From Candidatus Sericytochromatia bacterium (lineage in GTDB: Bacteria > Cyanobacteriota > Sericytochromatia > S15B-MN24 > JAQBPE01): 50,835 bases of DNA. The DNA lies in assembly GCA_040400605.1 (NCBI GenBank), contig JBBAPZ010000021.1, forward strand, positions 10,124 through 60,958. Reading direction: 5' to 3'. The position numbers and the translations under genes are program-made. Positions 50,770-50,835 of the stretch are shown here, one piece after another (the stretch's first letter is position 1; the number at the start of each line of letters is the position of its first letter). The notes below the pieces were generated by a model, which was given only the letters and a program-made list of their open reading frames with translations, was not told where the DNA came from and did no database searches.

Positions 50770-50835
50770 ACCGCGTCCCGTTGCAATCCGCCGAGTTGGA
50801 ACTGGTACGTTCGGTGTTTCGGCGTCATCCTGAGG
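50766..50835 (+). CDS. probable minimal nucleotidyltransferase (MNT) partner, cut off by the window end
   Basis: ATGA overlap with the HEPN gene; MNRVPLQSAELELVRSVFRRHPE is typical of the sequence preceding the LFGS motif. Confidence 0.7.
   Translation, partial: MNRVPLQSAELELVRSVFRRHPE

Overview
A 50.8-kb bacterial chromosomal segment, GC roughly in the high 50s by eye. It is most likely from a non-photosynthetic member of the cyanobacterial radiation (Sericytochromatia/Melainabacteria-like). This is inferred from strong enrichment of the HIP1 octamer GCGATCGC, a SigA ending RHPNRN and cyanobacterial-type hypothetical proteins, alongside dgt-dnaG-rpoD, succinylase dap genes and AddAB. Most of the window is housekeeping: nrnA, rhomboid, rnz, pit/DUF47, recN, dgt-dnaG-rpoD-tRNA-Ile2, dapD-dapE-ferredoxin-aminotransferase, HisJ, SNF2, infA, addB-addA, pepE and katG. 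Notable non-routine content: (1) a degenerate dispersed intergenic repeat of about 85-120 bp, with four clear copies at about 67-74% identity, bracketing the rhomboid gene and including an 80-bp tandem; (2) a four-gene signalling cluster built from degenerate parts (REC plus dead HD-GYP, REC plus PilZ-like, a sensorless histidine kinase, and a Ser/Thr-kinase N-lobe fused to GAF-GAF-histidine kinase); (3) a RodZ-type HTH fused to a Cdv3/DivIVA-like coiled coil; (4) a shared TTAA-N7-TTAA motif upstream of unrecognised genes; (5) a decaying accessory zone at 42-47.8 kb with broken hicAB, an S1/Tex fragment and an alpha/beta-hydrolase relic. A HEPN/MNT pair sits at the right edge. No CRISPR array, rRNA, transposase or integrase was seen. 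All family calls come from motif recognition by eye; no searches were run.
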